Notes: a model not told the origin generated them from the letters alone. Positions 1 to 9,897 are shown, counted from the stretch's first letter. The stretch: 64,000 bases of DNA from an uncultured Bdellovibrionales bacterium (GCA_964500125.1 CAZCMV010000003.1:11523-75522); one strand, 5' to 3'. Numbers and translations are program-made.

Positions 1-2211
1 GAAGCGGTGGAGACGGTAAAGGGGCCGCTTTTGATTATTGCCGGAGCGGGATCAGGCAAGACCAAGACGTTGACACACCGCGTCGCATATTTGATTCAAA
101 ATGCCAAAGTGAGGTCGCAAAATATCTTAGCGGTTACTTTCACCAATAAAGCTGCGCAAGAAATGCGCGAACGAATCGGCAAAATCCTTGGTGTTGTTGG
201 TGATGTTAGGGGGATGCGGGGAATGTATAATTCGAAGCTGCCACTGATCGGAACATTCCATTCGATTTGTGTGCGGATTTTGCGCAGTGAAATTGAAATG
301 CTCGGTTATGCCAAGTCATTTCACATTCTGGATGATCAAGATCAGCAAGCTTTGATGAAGCGAGTGATGAAAGAATTGGAAATTGATACAACCCAGTTTC
401 ATCCCAAAGCATTTTTAGGTGCGATCAGTAATGCTAAGAATGATTTGATTGAGGCTGAGCAATTTGCCCAAGAGGCGAACGGTTATTACGAAGAACTGGT
501 TGCGAAAACTTTTGTTAAATATCAACAAGAATTGAAAGCAAGCAATGGTTTGGATTTTGACGACATTATTTTGCTGACCGTGAAGTTGTTCAAAAAATTT
601 CCGTTGGTGCTGGAAAAATATCAGCTTATTTTTCAATTCATCATGGTTGATGAATATCAAGATACGAATAAGGCGCAATATGTGCTGGTGAATTTGTTGG
701 CGAGCAAACATCGCAATTTGTGCGTCGTGGGGGATGACTGGCAGTCGATTTACAAATTTCGCGGGGCAGATATTAAAAATATTTTGGATTTCGAAAAGGA
801 TTATCCGGAAGCAAAAGTAATTCATCTGGAACAGAATTATCGTTCATCGCAGATCATATTGGATGCGGCATATGGTGTGATCTCCAAAAACATCAATCGC
901 AAAGATAAAAAATTGTGGACAGAGAAAAAAGAAGGACACTTGATTACTTCATATGAAGCGGAGGATGAAAAAGAAGAAGCGGAATTTATTGCAAGAGAAA
1001 TAATGAATGCCAAGGGCACAAAACGCTATGCTGACTATGTTGTGCTTTATCGCACTAATGCCCAGTCACGTATGGTGGAAGAAGTTTTTTTGCGCCGCTC
1101 GATTCCGTATCGCATTATCGGGGGCATCAAATTTTATCAACGCAAAGAAATCAAAGATATGGTTGCCTATTTGCGTTTGATATTCAATAATAGCGATGTT
1201 GTTTCTTTGGAACGCATCGTCAATGAACCGAAACGCAACCTTGGAAAAGCGACGCTTGATAAATGGGTGAAGATTGCAAGAGAAATGGAAATGAATCCAA
1301 TTATAATGGGATATCGGGGAGACCTGGGAAATCAGGTTGATTCAGGATTGGGAAAAGTTAAAGTCGATGCGATTAAAAAGTTTTGTGAGTTTATTGTGAG
1401 GATGGATGAAATAAGAAACAGGATATCTTTGTCTGATTTTATTCAAAAAGTTTTTGCGGAGAGTGGCTATGAAGCGATGTTATTAAAAGAGGGAACAGAA
1501 GGAGAGGTTAGATGGGAGAATGTGAGGGAGTTAATTTCAGTTGCACAAAAATATGACAGTGAAGAAGCTAATGATGTGGAGGATAAATTAGCTGCTTTTT
1601 TGGAAGAGGTTGCGTTGGCTTCGGATGTGGATAATGTGGATCAAAATCAGGATGCAGTTCACCTTATGACCATGCACAGCGCCAAGGGCTTGGAGTTCCC
1701 AACAGTTTTTATTATCGGGCTTGAAGAAGGAATTATGCCGCACTCGCGTAGCCAGCTTTCTTATGAAGATATGGAAGAAGAGAGGCGACTCATGTATGTG
1801 GGGCTCACACGTGCCAAAGAAAAAATATATTTGTTGTTTACCAGGCAGCGAACTATTTTTGGTGCAACGCAAGTGAATCCACCGTCGAGATTTTTGGATG
1901 ATATACCGAAGGAGCTAGTGGAACGATGTGAACAAGAGATGAAATACAAGATGGAAGAAACAAGAAATAAGAAACAAGAAACAAATAAATTTCAAATTTC
2001 GAATTATAAATTTTCGAACAAATCTCAGATCTCGACTCCCAAATCTCAAGTCTCAAGCAGGGCTTCTTTCCGAGATGGAGAGAAGGTGGCGCATGGGGAG
2101 TTTGGAGAAGGAATTGTGGTTTCTTCGGATGAAGAGATTGTGACTGTGGTTTTCAAAAAAGCGGGAATAAAAAGATTAAGCAAGGAATATGCAAAATTGA
2201 AGAAAATTTAA
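1..2211 (+). CDS. pcrA: ATP-dependent DNA helicase PcrA/UvrD family. 5'-partial: the reading frame is already open at nt 1.
   Basis: Walker A 'AGAGSGKTKTLTHRVAYL' and UvrD helicase motifs throughout. C-terminal 'GEKVAHGEFGEGIVVS' Tudor-like tail typical of PcrA/UvrD. Confidence 0.85.
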   Translation, partial: EAVETVKGPLLIIAGAGSGKTKTLTHRVAYLIQNAKVRSQNILAVTFTNKAAQEMRERIGKILGVVGDVRGMRGMYNSKLPLIGTFHSICVRILRSEIEMLGYAKSFHILDDQDQQALMKRVMKELEIDTTQFHPKAFLGAISNAKNDLIEAEQFAQEANGYYEELVAKTFVKYQQELKASNGLDFDDIILLTVKLFKKFPLVLEKYQLIFQFIMVDEYQDTNKAQYVLVNLLASKHRNLCVVGDDWQSIYKFRGADIKNILDFEKDYPEAKVIHLEQNYRSSQIILDAAYGVISKNINRKDKKLWTEKKEGHLITSYEAEDEKEEAEFIAREIMNAKGTKRYADYVVLYRTNAQSRMVEEVFLRRSIPYRIIGGIKFYQRKEIKDMVAYLRLIFNNSDVVSLERIVNEPKRNLGKATLDKWVKIAREMEMNPIIMGYRGDLGNQVDSGLGKVKVDAIKKFCEFIVRMDEIRNRISLSDFIQKVFAESGYEAMLLKEGTEGEVRWENVRELISVAQKYDSEEANDVEDKLAAFLEEVALASDVDNVDQNQDAVHLMTMHSAKGLEFPTVFIIGLEEGIMPHSRSQLSYEDMEEERRLMYVGLTRAKEKIYLLFTRQRTIFGATQVNPPSRFLDDIPKELVERCEQEMKYKMEETRNKKQETNKFQISNYKFSNKSQISTPKSQVSSRASFRDGEKVAHGEFGEGIVVSSDEEIVTVVFKKAGIKRLSKEYAKLKKI

Positions 2212-2263
2212 AAAATAAGACAGATAAGACTGATAGGACATATTGTTAATGCTTTTAAATAAG

Positions 2264-2291
2264 AAAAAGTGACACCGGTGTGTCATTTTTT
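2264..2291. terminator. Bidirectional intrinsic terminator between convergent pcrA and xerC.
   Basis: A-tract, stem AGTGACAC / GTGTCATT with loop CGGT, then T-tract. Overlaps the xerC stop codon. Confidence 0.5.
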
Positions 2292-3194
2292 CTTACTGTG
2301 GAATTTTTTGTGGATATCCTTGAGTCCCTGGTTGGTAACATGAGTGTAGATTTGGGTGGTGGTGATGGATGAATGCCCAAGCATTGCTTGCACGGATCTT
2401 ATGTCGGCACCGTTGGCAAGTAGGTCTGTTGCAAAACTGTGGCGCAAAGTGTGCGGATGCACATCTTTGACGATGCCGGCTTTAGTCGCATATTTCTTGA
2501 CGATTCTTTGGATGGAGCGTGGAGTTAAATTTGCACTTCCGTCCGAATATATGACTGCATTTCTGGAAAAACGGACAAAAAGAGCGTCATCTATGTCGAT
2601 TCGTTTTTCTGAATATTTTTCCAATGCTTTTTTGGCGCTATCGGAAATAAAAACGACGCGTATTTTGTTTCCTTTGCCGCGGATACTGAATTCTTGACGG
2701 TCAAGATTGATTTGATTGCGTTTGAGAGAGGATATTTCGGAAACACGCAGACCTGAAGAAAAAAGCAGCTCCAAAATAGCTCGGTCGCGCAACGATTTTA
2801 CATCAGAACTGCTGGCACTTTCCAATAATCTTGTTACTTCTTCTGCTTGCAGAAACCCGACTTCATTGGCGGGATTTTTCCCTACATCTATTTTTTCGGC
2901 TGAAAGTGAAGCTATATCCCTTTTGGCAAGATATTTGAGAAAGTTGCGCAGAGCAATGATATGGTAGTTTTGGGTTGCTTTTTTGAGCGTTTGATTGGTT
3001 TCATCTGTAAGTCGGTTAAGATATAGACGATAACTGCGAACTAAATCAGCACTGATTTGGTCGGGCTTGTTTATTTTTGCCCAATCGAAAAAACGTTTCA
3101 GATAATGACTGTAGTTTTCAATGGTTTTAGGCGAGCGATTGAGCTCTATTTCGAGATATTCAAGATAGTCGCATAGGAGCTTTTGAAGATTCAT
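2283..3194 (-). CDS. xerC: Tyrosine site-specific recombinase XerC/XerD.
   Basis: C-terminal catalytic motif 'HPHTLRHSFATDLLANGADIRSVQAMLGHSSITTTQIYTHV' (R..HxxR..Y). C versus D cannot be distinguished. Confidence 0.8.
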   Translation of the reverse strand: MNLQKLLCDYLEYLEIELNRSPKTIENYSHYLKRFFDWAKINKPDQISADLVRSYRLYLNRLTDETNQTLKKATQNYHIIALRNFLKYLAKRDIASLSAEKIDVGKNPANEVGFLQAEEVTRLLESASSSDVKSLRDRAILELLFSSGLRVSEISSLKRNQINLDRQEFSIRGKGNKIRVVFISDSAKKALEKYSEKRIDIDDALFVRFSRNAVIYSDGSANLTPRSIQRIVKKYATKAGIVKDVHPHTLRHSFATDLLANGADIRSVQAMLGHSSITTTQIYTHVTNQGLKDIHKKFHSKKK

Positions 3195-3331
3195 GGGGTA
3201 TTTGGGAATGTTAGGAAAGTTAGAGTGTTCTGACTGATTTAATTATAACTCAAACAAATTTTAGAGTAAAAGTAACCTAACAATAATTGCTTTAAATAAA
3301 GCAAAAAATATAAAATTTGTGCATAACTCAA

Positions 3332-3359
3332 TTGACAAAAATCTCACTATGAGTATACT
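3332..3359 (+). promoter_or_regulatory. Sigma70-like promoter: TTGACA, 16-nt spacer, TATACT.
   Basis: Near-consensus hexamers in the divergent intergenic region upstream of the LysM/CHAP gene. Confidence 0.4.
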
Positions 3360-3442
3360 GGTAAGCAGTTAAAAATTAGGATTGCAGATGATGGGCCGAG
3401 AGGGGCTGTTTTATTTTCCCTATTAGCTCTAAATCTCCAGTC

Positions 3443-4663
3443 TTGGAAGGATTGCGTACTATTAGTACCAAACAACGTTTTCAAAAAATTAGGCGGCTTT
3501 TTCGTGCTGTTGATGCAAACAAGCTTCATACCAAACTTTATATATATCAACGGGCGATTGCTGATTTTATTAAAAGGCATCGCAGCGTAAAATTATTACA
3601 TCTTTTACGCCATTATAGTGCTTTTGCAGTTGTTATCTCGAGCGCTCTTTTGGTGTCTGCGACGAATGCTGCATCCGGAAGGGGTGAGCAGGGAGTTCTC
3701 AATGGATATTGGGAAAATAGCACCGATTCTTCAGTTGGAGTTAAAACGAAAGGTCAAGAAAACAGAGAAAATGATCTAGCTTTGGTTCCTTTAGCTAAAG
3801 CGCCGATGGCTGTTGATCCTCAGTATAAGGAAGAAACTATTGCTCAGATGCCAAATCAAAACCAAGGATTGTATGCTTCTGCATTAATCCCCAATCAAGC
3901 CAAAGACCCTGAAGAAGACGGTGGAGTTAAAATGTATACAGTTCAGGAAGGTGATACGATAAGCTCAATAGCTCTCAAGAACAAGATTTCTATTAACACA
4001 ATTCTTTGGGCCAATGACATTGATAATGTAGATTCTATAATGCCGGGAGATACAATATTTATCTTGCCGGTTTCAGGACTTTCGCACAAAGTGAAAAGTG
4101 GGGACACTATTGATTCTATTGCGGCAAAATATAAAGCTGATCGTGGCAGGATTATCGCCTTCAATGAACTCCCGGCGAACGGTGATTTGAAAGTTGGTGA
4201 GGACATTGTTATTCCTGACGGTCAAGGTGTAGCGCCTCAACAAACCACCGAATCTTCAAATCAGGGGACTGGTATTGAAAGAAGACAATATGCCACATCG
4301 ACTGGAGGAACGCCGGAAGTCTCCAGTGGCAAGGTACTTGGTGGTAAGGCTGGTGCCGGTCACAAATTTCCATATGGCTATTGCACATGGTATATTGCCC
4401 AAAAACGTTATGTTCCTTGGGGTGGAAATGCCGGAACCTGGCTTTATCATGCTAAATCCATGGGATATGCGACCGGAAGGAAACCGCGTCCGGGAGCGAT
4501 TATGGTTACAACGGAAAGTCGTTATTATGGCCACGTTGCTTTGGTAGAAAAAGTAAGTGGTGATACGATTACTGTTTCGGAAATGAATTATGTCGGTTGG
4601 GGTAAGAAAAGCAGGCGAACTATTTCTGCCTCAAGCAGGGTGATCAAGGGCTTTATATATTAG
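3443..4663 (+). CDS. Secreted peptidoglycan hydrolase: N-terminal signal/TM, two LysM domains, C-terminal CHAP (NlpC/P60-like) domain.
   Basis: LysM repeats ('YTVQEGDTISSIA', 'HKVKSGDTIDSIAAKY'). CHAP-like 'GYCTWYIAQ...YGHVALVEKV' with Cys/His. TTG start in the ORF track; exact start uncertain. Confidence 0.7.
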   Translation: MEGLRTISTKQRFQKIRRLFRAVDANKLHTKLYIYQRAIADFIKRHRSVKLLHLLRHYSAFAVVISSALLVSATNAASGRGEQGVLNGYWENSTDSSVGVKTKGQENRENDLALVPLAKAPMAVDPQYKEETIAQMPNQNQGLYASALIPNQAKDPEEDGGVKMYTVQEGDTISSIALKNKISINTILWANDIDNVDSIMPGDTIFILPVSGLSHKVKSGDTIDSIAAKYKADRGRIIAFNELPANGDLKVGEDIVIPDGQGVAPQQTTESSNQGTGIERRQYATSTGGTPEVSSGKVLGGKAGAGHKFPYGYCTWYIAQKRYVPWGGNAGTWLYHAKSMGYATGRKPRPGAIMVTTESRYYGHVALVEKVSGDTITVSEMNYVGWGKKSRRTISASSRVIKGFIY

Positions 4664-4751
4664 GATAAACTGCAATAAAAATGAAACACACAAGGCAACG
4701 TTTGATCGTTGTCTTGTTTTTGTTTTGGTGGTTATGTGATATAATTATTTT

Positions 4752-6800
4752 GTGCATAGCTACAAAAAAATAGTTGAAAATAAAAATCACCCATTATTTC
4801 CGTTTATGGATTTTTTCCGCAGAAATAGAAAAACAGCCATATCATTACTCGCTATTTTTATCGTGAGTTTTTTGGGTGTATTCACAACTTTCAATCACGC
4901 TGACGCTGTGTTAATCCCTACTTATTATGCCGCTAAAGTTCTCACATCGGGGGCTTCTGGTGCTGGTGAAGCTATGGGGAACATGCTAGTAGTTGGCATA
5001 AAATACATTCTTGGTGCAATTCTTACTTTTGTCGGATGGCTGTTAATAATACCGGGAGTAATGCTGGATGCTCTTTTGAAAGTAGAAAACAATGCTTTAT
5101 ATTTGGACAGCACGGCAGTGCGAGAAGTTTGGGTAATGGTGCGCGATTTTCTCAATCTTTTTTTCATTTTCACCCTTCTTTTTTCAGCTTTTGCAACCAT
5201 TTTTCAGATCGAAAAATATCATATCAAAAAAATTATCGTCAAAATAATCATTATGGCTCTTTTGGTGAATTTCAGCTTTCCCATAGCCAGGTTTTTTATT
5301 GATATTTCTAATGTGATGATGTATTGGTTGCTCAATAATATATTTGGTGGTTCAGAAGGAGCAAGCATTGCTGCAACGCTAGCGTCAAGTTCTGGCTTAA
5401 AGGACTTGCTTATTCCTGAAAGAGCTGCTGAATATCAAGTACCGTATCTTATCGCAGCAATAATATTTACTTTTATCTTCGGCATTACTTTAATGATGAT
5501 CGCGGTATTATTTTTAGTAAGACTTATTGTTCTTTCTGTTTTGGTGATGTTTTCACCGGTTGGTTTTGTGGGTTATGTTTTTCCAGACACAGCAAAATAT
5601 GCCAAACAATGGTGGGATATGCTCTTGAAATATTCTTTTTTTGCTCCAATAATGACTTTCGGATTAGCAGTCACACTTAAAATGATGCAAAGTCTTGGTG
5701 CTAATAGTAGTGCCATGAGTAGTTTCAGAAAAGCGGCGGAAGATAACAGTGCAAATGTTGGAGCTGACGCAAATTGGATAGCGGCGGCAGCTTTTTTCAT
5801 TGTTCCGATAGTGATTCTCTGGATGTTCATGGGAGTTGCGCAGAAATTCAGCATTGAATTTGCAGGTGATGTACAGAAAAGGGGACAGGATTTGGCAAAA
5901 TGGGCCGGAAAACAACCATGGAGAGGAACAAAAGCATTGGTAAATGCCACTGGTGTCCCTGGTGGCGTAAAGGCGGGAATAGCAAAGTTCCAAAAGAGCG
6001 GTACACTTTTTGGTGTTAAAGTTTCGAGATATGGCGGAACAGATGCGCGTGAGGCGCGTGAGGCCCAATGGGCGGGATTGATGACGGGTGGTTCTTCTGG
6101 TATGAGATCTGCTACAGAAAACAGGAGGCGCAAACTTATTGCGGACAAAATGGAAGAATATAAAAAATCAGGACTGGGAGCAAGTCAGATTGAGAGAGAT
6201 CTTACGTCTAATGATGAGGTTACACGAATTGCGGCCGCGATGCACATGAATGAAAAAGGCGATCTCAATAATATTGATAGAATGAAAAAGGCACTTGCTG
6301 CTGTAGGTAATGATGCTGAAGCGCGAACTAAGATTGTTGATAAAATCGAAAATGTAGGCGCTATTTTCGAGAATAAGGATCATTACAATGATGCACTGGT
6401 AAGTGCACTTGATGGGATAGATGTGTCAACTTCTGATGGAAAACAAAAGGCTGATAAGATAAGAAAAAGTTTTGAAGCGAAGATGAAGAAAGAGAATCGC
6501 ATGGATCTTATCTTGGATCATGACGTGAAGTATGGTGTGCTTGATGCAAATTCATTTGCTTATGGAAAAACTGAAAAAGAAATATATGAAGAGCGTCTGG
6601 GCTCCCTTAATGCTGAAGGTCTTGGAAAGCAGCACAAGTTGCATAGCAAAATAGGAACAAATACTAATCTTCAAAACTTTATATTAGACAATATCGCTGG
6701 CGATTATCAGCGACATCAGGAAATGCACAGACACCTGAGTATTTCAAATCAAAGAAAATACGCTGACGAAGGTTTTGATCCAGGACCTACTCCTCCATAA
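4752..6800 (+). CDS. Polytopic membrane protein, VirB6/TrbL-like (putative type IV secretion / DNA-transfer channel component), with a C-terminal hydrophilic tail.
   Basis: Signal-like N-terminus and at least 6 predicted TM helices, then a charged roughly 300-aa tail. Lies immediately upstream of three pilin-like genes. Family assignment is by architecture only. Confidence 0.35.
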   Translation: MHSYKKIVENKNHPLFPFMDFFRRNRKTAISLLAIFIVSFLGVFTTFNHADAVLIPTYYAAKVLTSGASGAGEAMGNMLVVGIKYILGAILTFVGWLLIIPGVMLDALLKVENNALYLDSTAVREVWVMVRDFLNLFFIFTLLFSAFATIFQIEKYHIKKIIVKIIIMALLVNFSFPIARFFIDISNVMMYWLLNNIFGGSEGASIAATLASSSGLKDLLIPERAAEYQVPYLIAAIIFTFIFGITLMMIAVLFLVRLIVLSVLVMFSPVGFVGYVFPDTAKYAKQWWDMLLKYSFFAPIMTFGLAVTLKMMQSLGANSSAMSSFRKAAEDNSANVGADANWIAAAAFFIVPIVILWMFMGVAQKFSIEFAGDVQKRGQDLAKWAGKQPWRGTKALVNATGVPGGVKAGIAKFQKSGTLFGVKVSRYGGTDAREAREAQWAGLMTGGSSGMRSATENRRRKLIADKMEEYKKSGLGASQIERDLTSNDEVTRIAAAMHMNEKGDLNNIDRMKKALAAVGNDAEARTKIVDKIENVGAIFENKDHYNDALVSALDGIDVSTSDGKQKADKIRKSFEAKMKKENRMDLILDHDVKYGVLDANSFAYGKTEKEIYEERLGSLNAEGLGKQHKLHSKIGTNTNLQNFILDNIAGDYQRHQEMHRHLSISNQRKYADEGFDPGPTPP

Positions 6801-6896
6801 AATAATATATCAACACCGATATTTCTCTTTGTGATGTTCAGGTTCGATGTTTTATAATCGATCAAATGAGTTATCTTTTATGTTAGTATATTCAAA

Positions 6897-8348
6897 ATGT
6901 ATAATCAAGAAAATAATCAAAAAATAACAAATCCTATATATTTTCCCATGATCACCCCTTCAGTATTTGGAAGGGCAGATTCTGCTGATGTTAGAAAAAA
7001 AAGATGGGATATTTTTAATGCTTTGCCAGAACAAGAAAAGGATAAAATCCTTGCTCCTAATGTTGCGTTTACATTGAAAAATGTGGCTGAAAAATATGAT
7101 CTTTCCGATGAAGAGGCAATGAAAATATCAAGATTGGTGCGCGAACTTTTTTTTAGAAACATCTCTAAGGAAAATATAGCGGTTGAACTGCAAAGAAGGA
7201 TCTCAAGATTGACCAATTCCGAATTAAAAGACGTGGAAAAGATTATCATATACCAAATATTAACAGCAAATACTTCTCAAATAAAAGAAGCATCTTTTAA
7301 AACAACCAATATAATCAAATTATCTTTGGAAAATGCGCTTTCTCGATATCCAAATCTTGGTGAGCAATCAATAACAGCAAATCAGTTGCGATTACGGATT
7401 ACTCCAAATCCAGTGAAACCCTCAATCAAGAATTGGATCAGTGATTATTGCGAACAAATGGGATCGGGAAAACATGAAGCATTTGATCGTGGAAATTATC
7501 TTTTTCATAGTGAGAACACAAAAATTCTGACTGCAATCGAAAGGAAGAAACTTTCACTTGTGCTTAAATCCTTGGACGAAGGCATGTTGCTTAATGTTGA
7601 TCCGGAAAAACAAGAAGTTGTGTTTGAATTAGAGGGCAGCTCTAATATTCAAATGGAAACTTCTGTTTTGCGTCAATCAATAAATCATCTTGCGAGTCGA
7701 GGTGGGCAAATGAATAGAAATGATGAGAACATAGCAAGGCGAGAAGTTGGCAGCGGACAAAAACAAGATACGAGAAAAACAGGACCCGGAACGGGTGGTA
7801 TTGGACAGGAGGGTGGTTTCATGGATGGAATGAGAACATTGAAAGAAAAAAAAGAAGTTAAAGAAACAAAAGAAATGGAAACCTCTGCGCAAACAATATT
7901 CAGACAAAGCAATTTGCGTAATTTTTCAAATCAAAATACACGTGTTACACAACAATCTGTTGACATGACTGGAGTTAATGCAATGTCGCCAAATCAAGAA
8001 ACAAAAATAAATCAGTTTTTTGGAGAAAACTCCGTGTCTGATTTTGTCGGTAAGGGAAAAACGGAAAAATTTTCGCCGAAACCACAAGTGTCTGTTCATT
8101 CCACGGCTGTTCCGTCGAACTTTGCTGATGTTATACAAAAAAAACCAAGCAATCAAACACAAGAAAAAATAATCGAAAATGCAGCAGGAGCCGCCACGCC
8201 TGCCAGGATTGTTCCAAAATCAATGTTGTCGCAAAATGCTAATGGAGGTAGTGTAAGTTTTTCTTCGCCGCAACAATTGCCCATCGAAAAAAAACAGATG
8301 CCTTCAAAAAAATCACCTTTTAGAATTGTTCCGCATGGCGATTTGTGA
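6897..8348 (+). CDS. Hypothetical protein, 483 aa; low-complexity, Q/N/K-rich C-terminal half.
   Basis: Long ORF with no recognisable motif. Sits between the VirB6-like gene and the pilin genes. Confidence 0.5.
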   Translation: MYNQENNQKITNPIYFPMITPSVFGRADSADVRKKRWDIFNALPEQEKDKILAPNVAFTLKNVAEKYDLSDEEAMKISRLVRELFFRNISKENIAVELQRRISRLTNSELKDVEKIIIYQILTANTSQIKEASFKTTNIIKLSLENALSRYPNLGEQSITANQLRLRITPNPVKPSIKNWISDYCEQMGSGKHEAFDRGNYLFHSENTKILTAIERKKLSLVLKSLDEGMLLNVDPEKQEVVFELEGSSNIQMETSVLRQSINHLASRGGQMNRNDENIARREVGSGQKQDTRKTGPGTGGIGQEGGFMDGMRTLKEKKEVKETKEMETSAQTIFRQSNLRNFSNQNTRVTQQSVDMTGVNAMSPNQETKINQFFGENSVSDFVGKGKTEKFSPKPQVSVHSTAVPSNFADVIQKKPSNQTQEKIIENAAGAATPARIVPKSMLSQNANGGSVSFSSPQQLPIEKKQMPSKKSPFRIVPHGDL

Positions 8349-8389
8349 TGAATTGTGAATTGTAAAATATGAATTATGAATTAATCAAT
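8344..8389 (+). repeat. Heptamer-period tandem repeat (tgaattg/atgaatt units) spanning the stop of the upstream gene and the start of pilin gene 1.
   Basis: tgtgatg aattgtg aattgta aaatatg aattatg aattaat. Confidence 0.6.
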
Positions 8390-8653
8390 ATAGCGTACGC
8401 AGGAGTGATTTCAAGTGCGCCAACAATTTCTCAGATAGGATTACGCATCTTGAATTTTTTGTTGTCTATTTTTTCTTTTATTGTTATAATAACAATGTTG
8501 ATATCTGGGGTTATGTATTTTTTTGCTGCAGGTAATGAAAATATGATTGAAAAAGCAAAGAAATCTTTTCAATGGGGAATTGTTGGAATGATTGTAGGGA
8601 TAACAGGATTGATAATAATAAGATTTATTTCAGGAATTTTGAATGGTAATTAA
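8369..8653 (+). CDS. Small TrbC/VirB2-like pilin, paralogue 1 (CPR-type T4SS pilin-like).
   Basis: 94 aa with two hydrophobic helices. Shares the motif 'L..WLL....GV...VISG..Y..S.GD..MI..AK......VG..VG..GL.II' with the next two genes. Confidence 0.5.
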   Translation: MNYELINIAYAGVISSAPTISQIGLRILNFLLSIFSFIVIITMLISGVMYFFAAGNENMIEKAKKSFQWGIVGMIVGITGLIIIRFISGILNGN

Positions 8654-8683
8654 AATAAAAATAAAAATGAAAGGAGGTGCGCT

Positions 8684-9034
8684 ATGAATTTAATTAAAAA
8701 TATTTCCTATTCAGTTGCTTCCGCAGCACTTATTTTGCCTGTTAGTGTTTTTGCTCAAATAAAAAACCCTGACAATACCGGGCTTCCATCAGGCTCTATT
8801 ACGGAAATTATTACGAATTTAATGAGATGGTTGTTGATGATGGTGGGAATTTTTGGTGTTATTGGTTTTGTTATTTCCGGTATTTTGTATCTTACATCTA
8901 CGGGAGATCAGACTATGATTGATCGTGCCAAGAAAGCTATGTTGTATTCAATCGTGGGCGTATTGGTTGCTTTGCTTGGTTTGGTTATTTTCGCCGCCAT
9001 GCAAAAATTACTTACTGGAGGGGGCGAATTCTGA
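8684..9034 (+). CDS. Small TrbC/VirB2-like pilin, paralogue 2.
   Basis: 116 aa with a signal peptide. Strong RBS AAAGGAGGTG upstream. Same C-terminal two-helix motif as paralogues 1 and 3. Confidence 0.55.
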   Translation: MNLIKNISYSVASAALILPVSVFAQIKNPDNTGLPSGSITEIITNLMRWLLMMVGIFGVIGFVISGILYLTSTGDQTMIDRAKKAMLYSIVGVLVALLGLVIFAAMQKLLTGGGEF

Positions 9035-9136
9035 TCAAATTTCTTGAAAAATATTTTTCACGAAAACAGGCTTCTTGGGGAGCTTGTTTTTGTTATTTTC
9101 ATGTCGTATAATTGAATCAAGAATAAAAAACAAATT

Positions 9137-9706
9137 ATGAAATTGCTTTCAAAAAATTTTTTCCTACTCTTTTTTATAGCCTTGTTTTTGTCAGTCTTAC
9201 AGGCAGAGGCGGATGATCTTCCTTACATATATAAAGATAAGGCAGAATGTACCAACAGTGGTTGCAAAAATTGCCAAGAGGTGCTAACTGCCGGATATAA
9301 GACAATACAATGTGTGAAGACACCGACAAATACAACTTCTTCTTCAAATACAACTAAACAAAGTGTTGTTTCTCCCACCTTAAGTGTAGGAGAAGCTTCT
9401 TGTGAATCTGGATTTACAATGCAAAGCGGCGTTTGCATTCCCTCAAACACCGGACTGCCAGATAAGACAGTGCAAGAGATAGCGGTTAATCTTATGAATT
9501 GGCTTTTAGGTATATTTGCTGTTTTTGGAGTAATTGCTTTTGTTATTTCCGGGATACAATATTTAGTTTCCACTGGTGATACGAAAATCATAGAAACAGC
9601 AAAGAGAAATATGGTCTATTCTGGAGTTGGGATAATTGTGGGACTCTCCGGATTGATAATAATAAAGGCCATACAAGCTATTTTTAGTGCTAATTCAGGT
9701 ATTTGA
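9137..9706 (+). CDS. TrbC/VirB2-like pilin, paralogue 3, with a Cys-rich N-terminal extension.
   Basis: 189 aa with a signal peptide. 8 Cys in the first roughly 100 aa (CTNSGCKNCQ...QCVK...CESGF..GVCIP), then the shared pilin two-helix module. Confidence 0.5.
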   Translation: MKLLSKNFFLLFFIALFLSVLQAEADDLPYIYKDKAECTNSGCKNCQEVLTAGYKTIQCVKTPTNTTSSSNTTKQSVVSPTLSVGEASCESGFTMQSGVCIPSNTGLPDKTVQEIAVNLMNWLLGIFAVFGVIAFVISGIQYLVSTGDTKIIETAKRNMVYSGVGIIVGLSGLIIIKAIQAIFSANSGI

Positions 9707-9754
9707 CATAATGTCTTTTTTTAGCTATAATGGCTTTGTGGTGGGTTTTCAGGA

Positions 9755-9780
9755 AAGTTCGCTAGAGAAGCGGACTTTTT
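9755..9780 (+). terminator. Intrinsic terminator after the pilin gene cluster.
   Basis: Stem AGUUCGC/GCGGACU (one G-U pair), 7-nt loop, T6. Confidence 0.5.
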
Positions 9781-9897
9781 TCATAGCCTTACAAAATGTG
9801 AACCTGTTAGGAATTTACGAATGTGCAAATATAAAAGCATTGAAATTAGCATGCTGGTAAATTCGTATTAAGTGTATAATTAATAGAATATAAATTT

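Noticed and set aside
206-2056. Numerous antisense or overlapping ORFs in the six-frame track. Examples: 415-825, 1588-1872, 5573-6148, 10126-10479, 27138-27950, 42044-42777 and 52732-53157.
   Set aside because: All lie fully within well-supported genes on the opposite strand or in another frame. They show low-complexity or skewed composition and have no RBS or motifs.
2283-3194. Phage or integrative-element integrase
   Set aside because: The recombinase has the canonical XerC/D C-terminal signature. It lies among housekeeping genes with no flanking att-like repeats or phage genes, so it is a chromosome-dimer-resolution recombinase rather than a mobile-element integrase.
3375-3413. 12-codon leader mini-ORF (MMGREGLFYFPY) with an AGGA RBS upstream of the LysM/CHAP gene
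   Set aside because: Plausible, but it cannot be distinguished from chance in AT-rich DNA. There is no attenuator structure in the surrounding sequence.
9726-9731. Isolated TATAAT boxes at about 9726, about 9875 and about 40234
   Set aside because: No acceptable -35 at 16-18 bp spacing. TATAAT is expected frequently by chance at this AT content.
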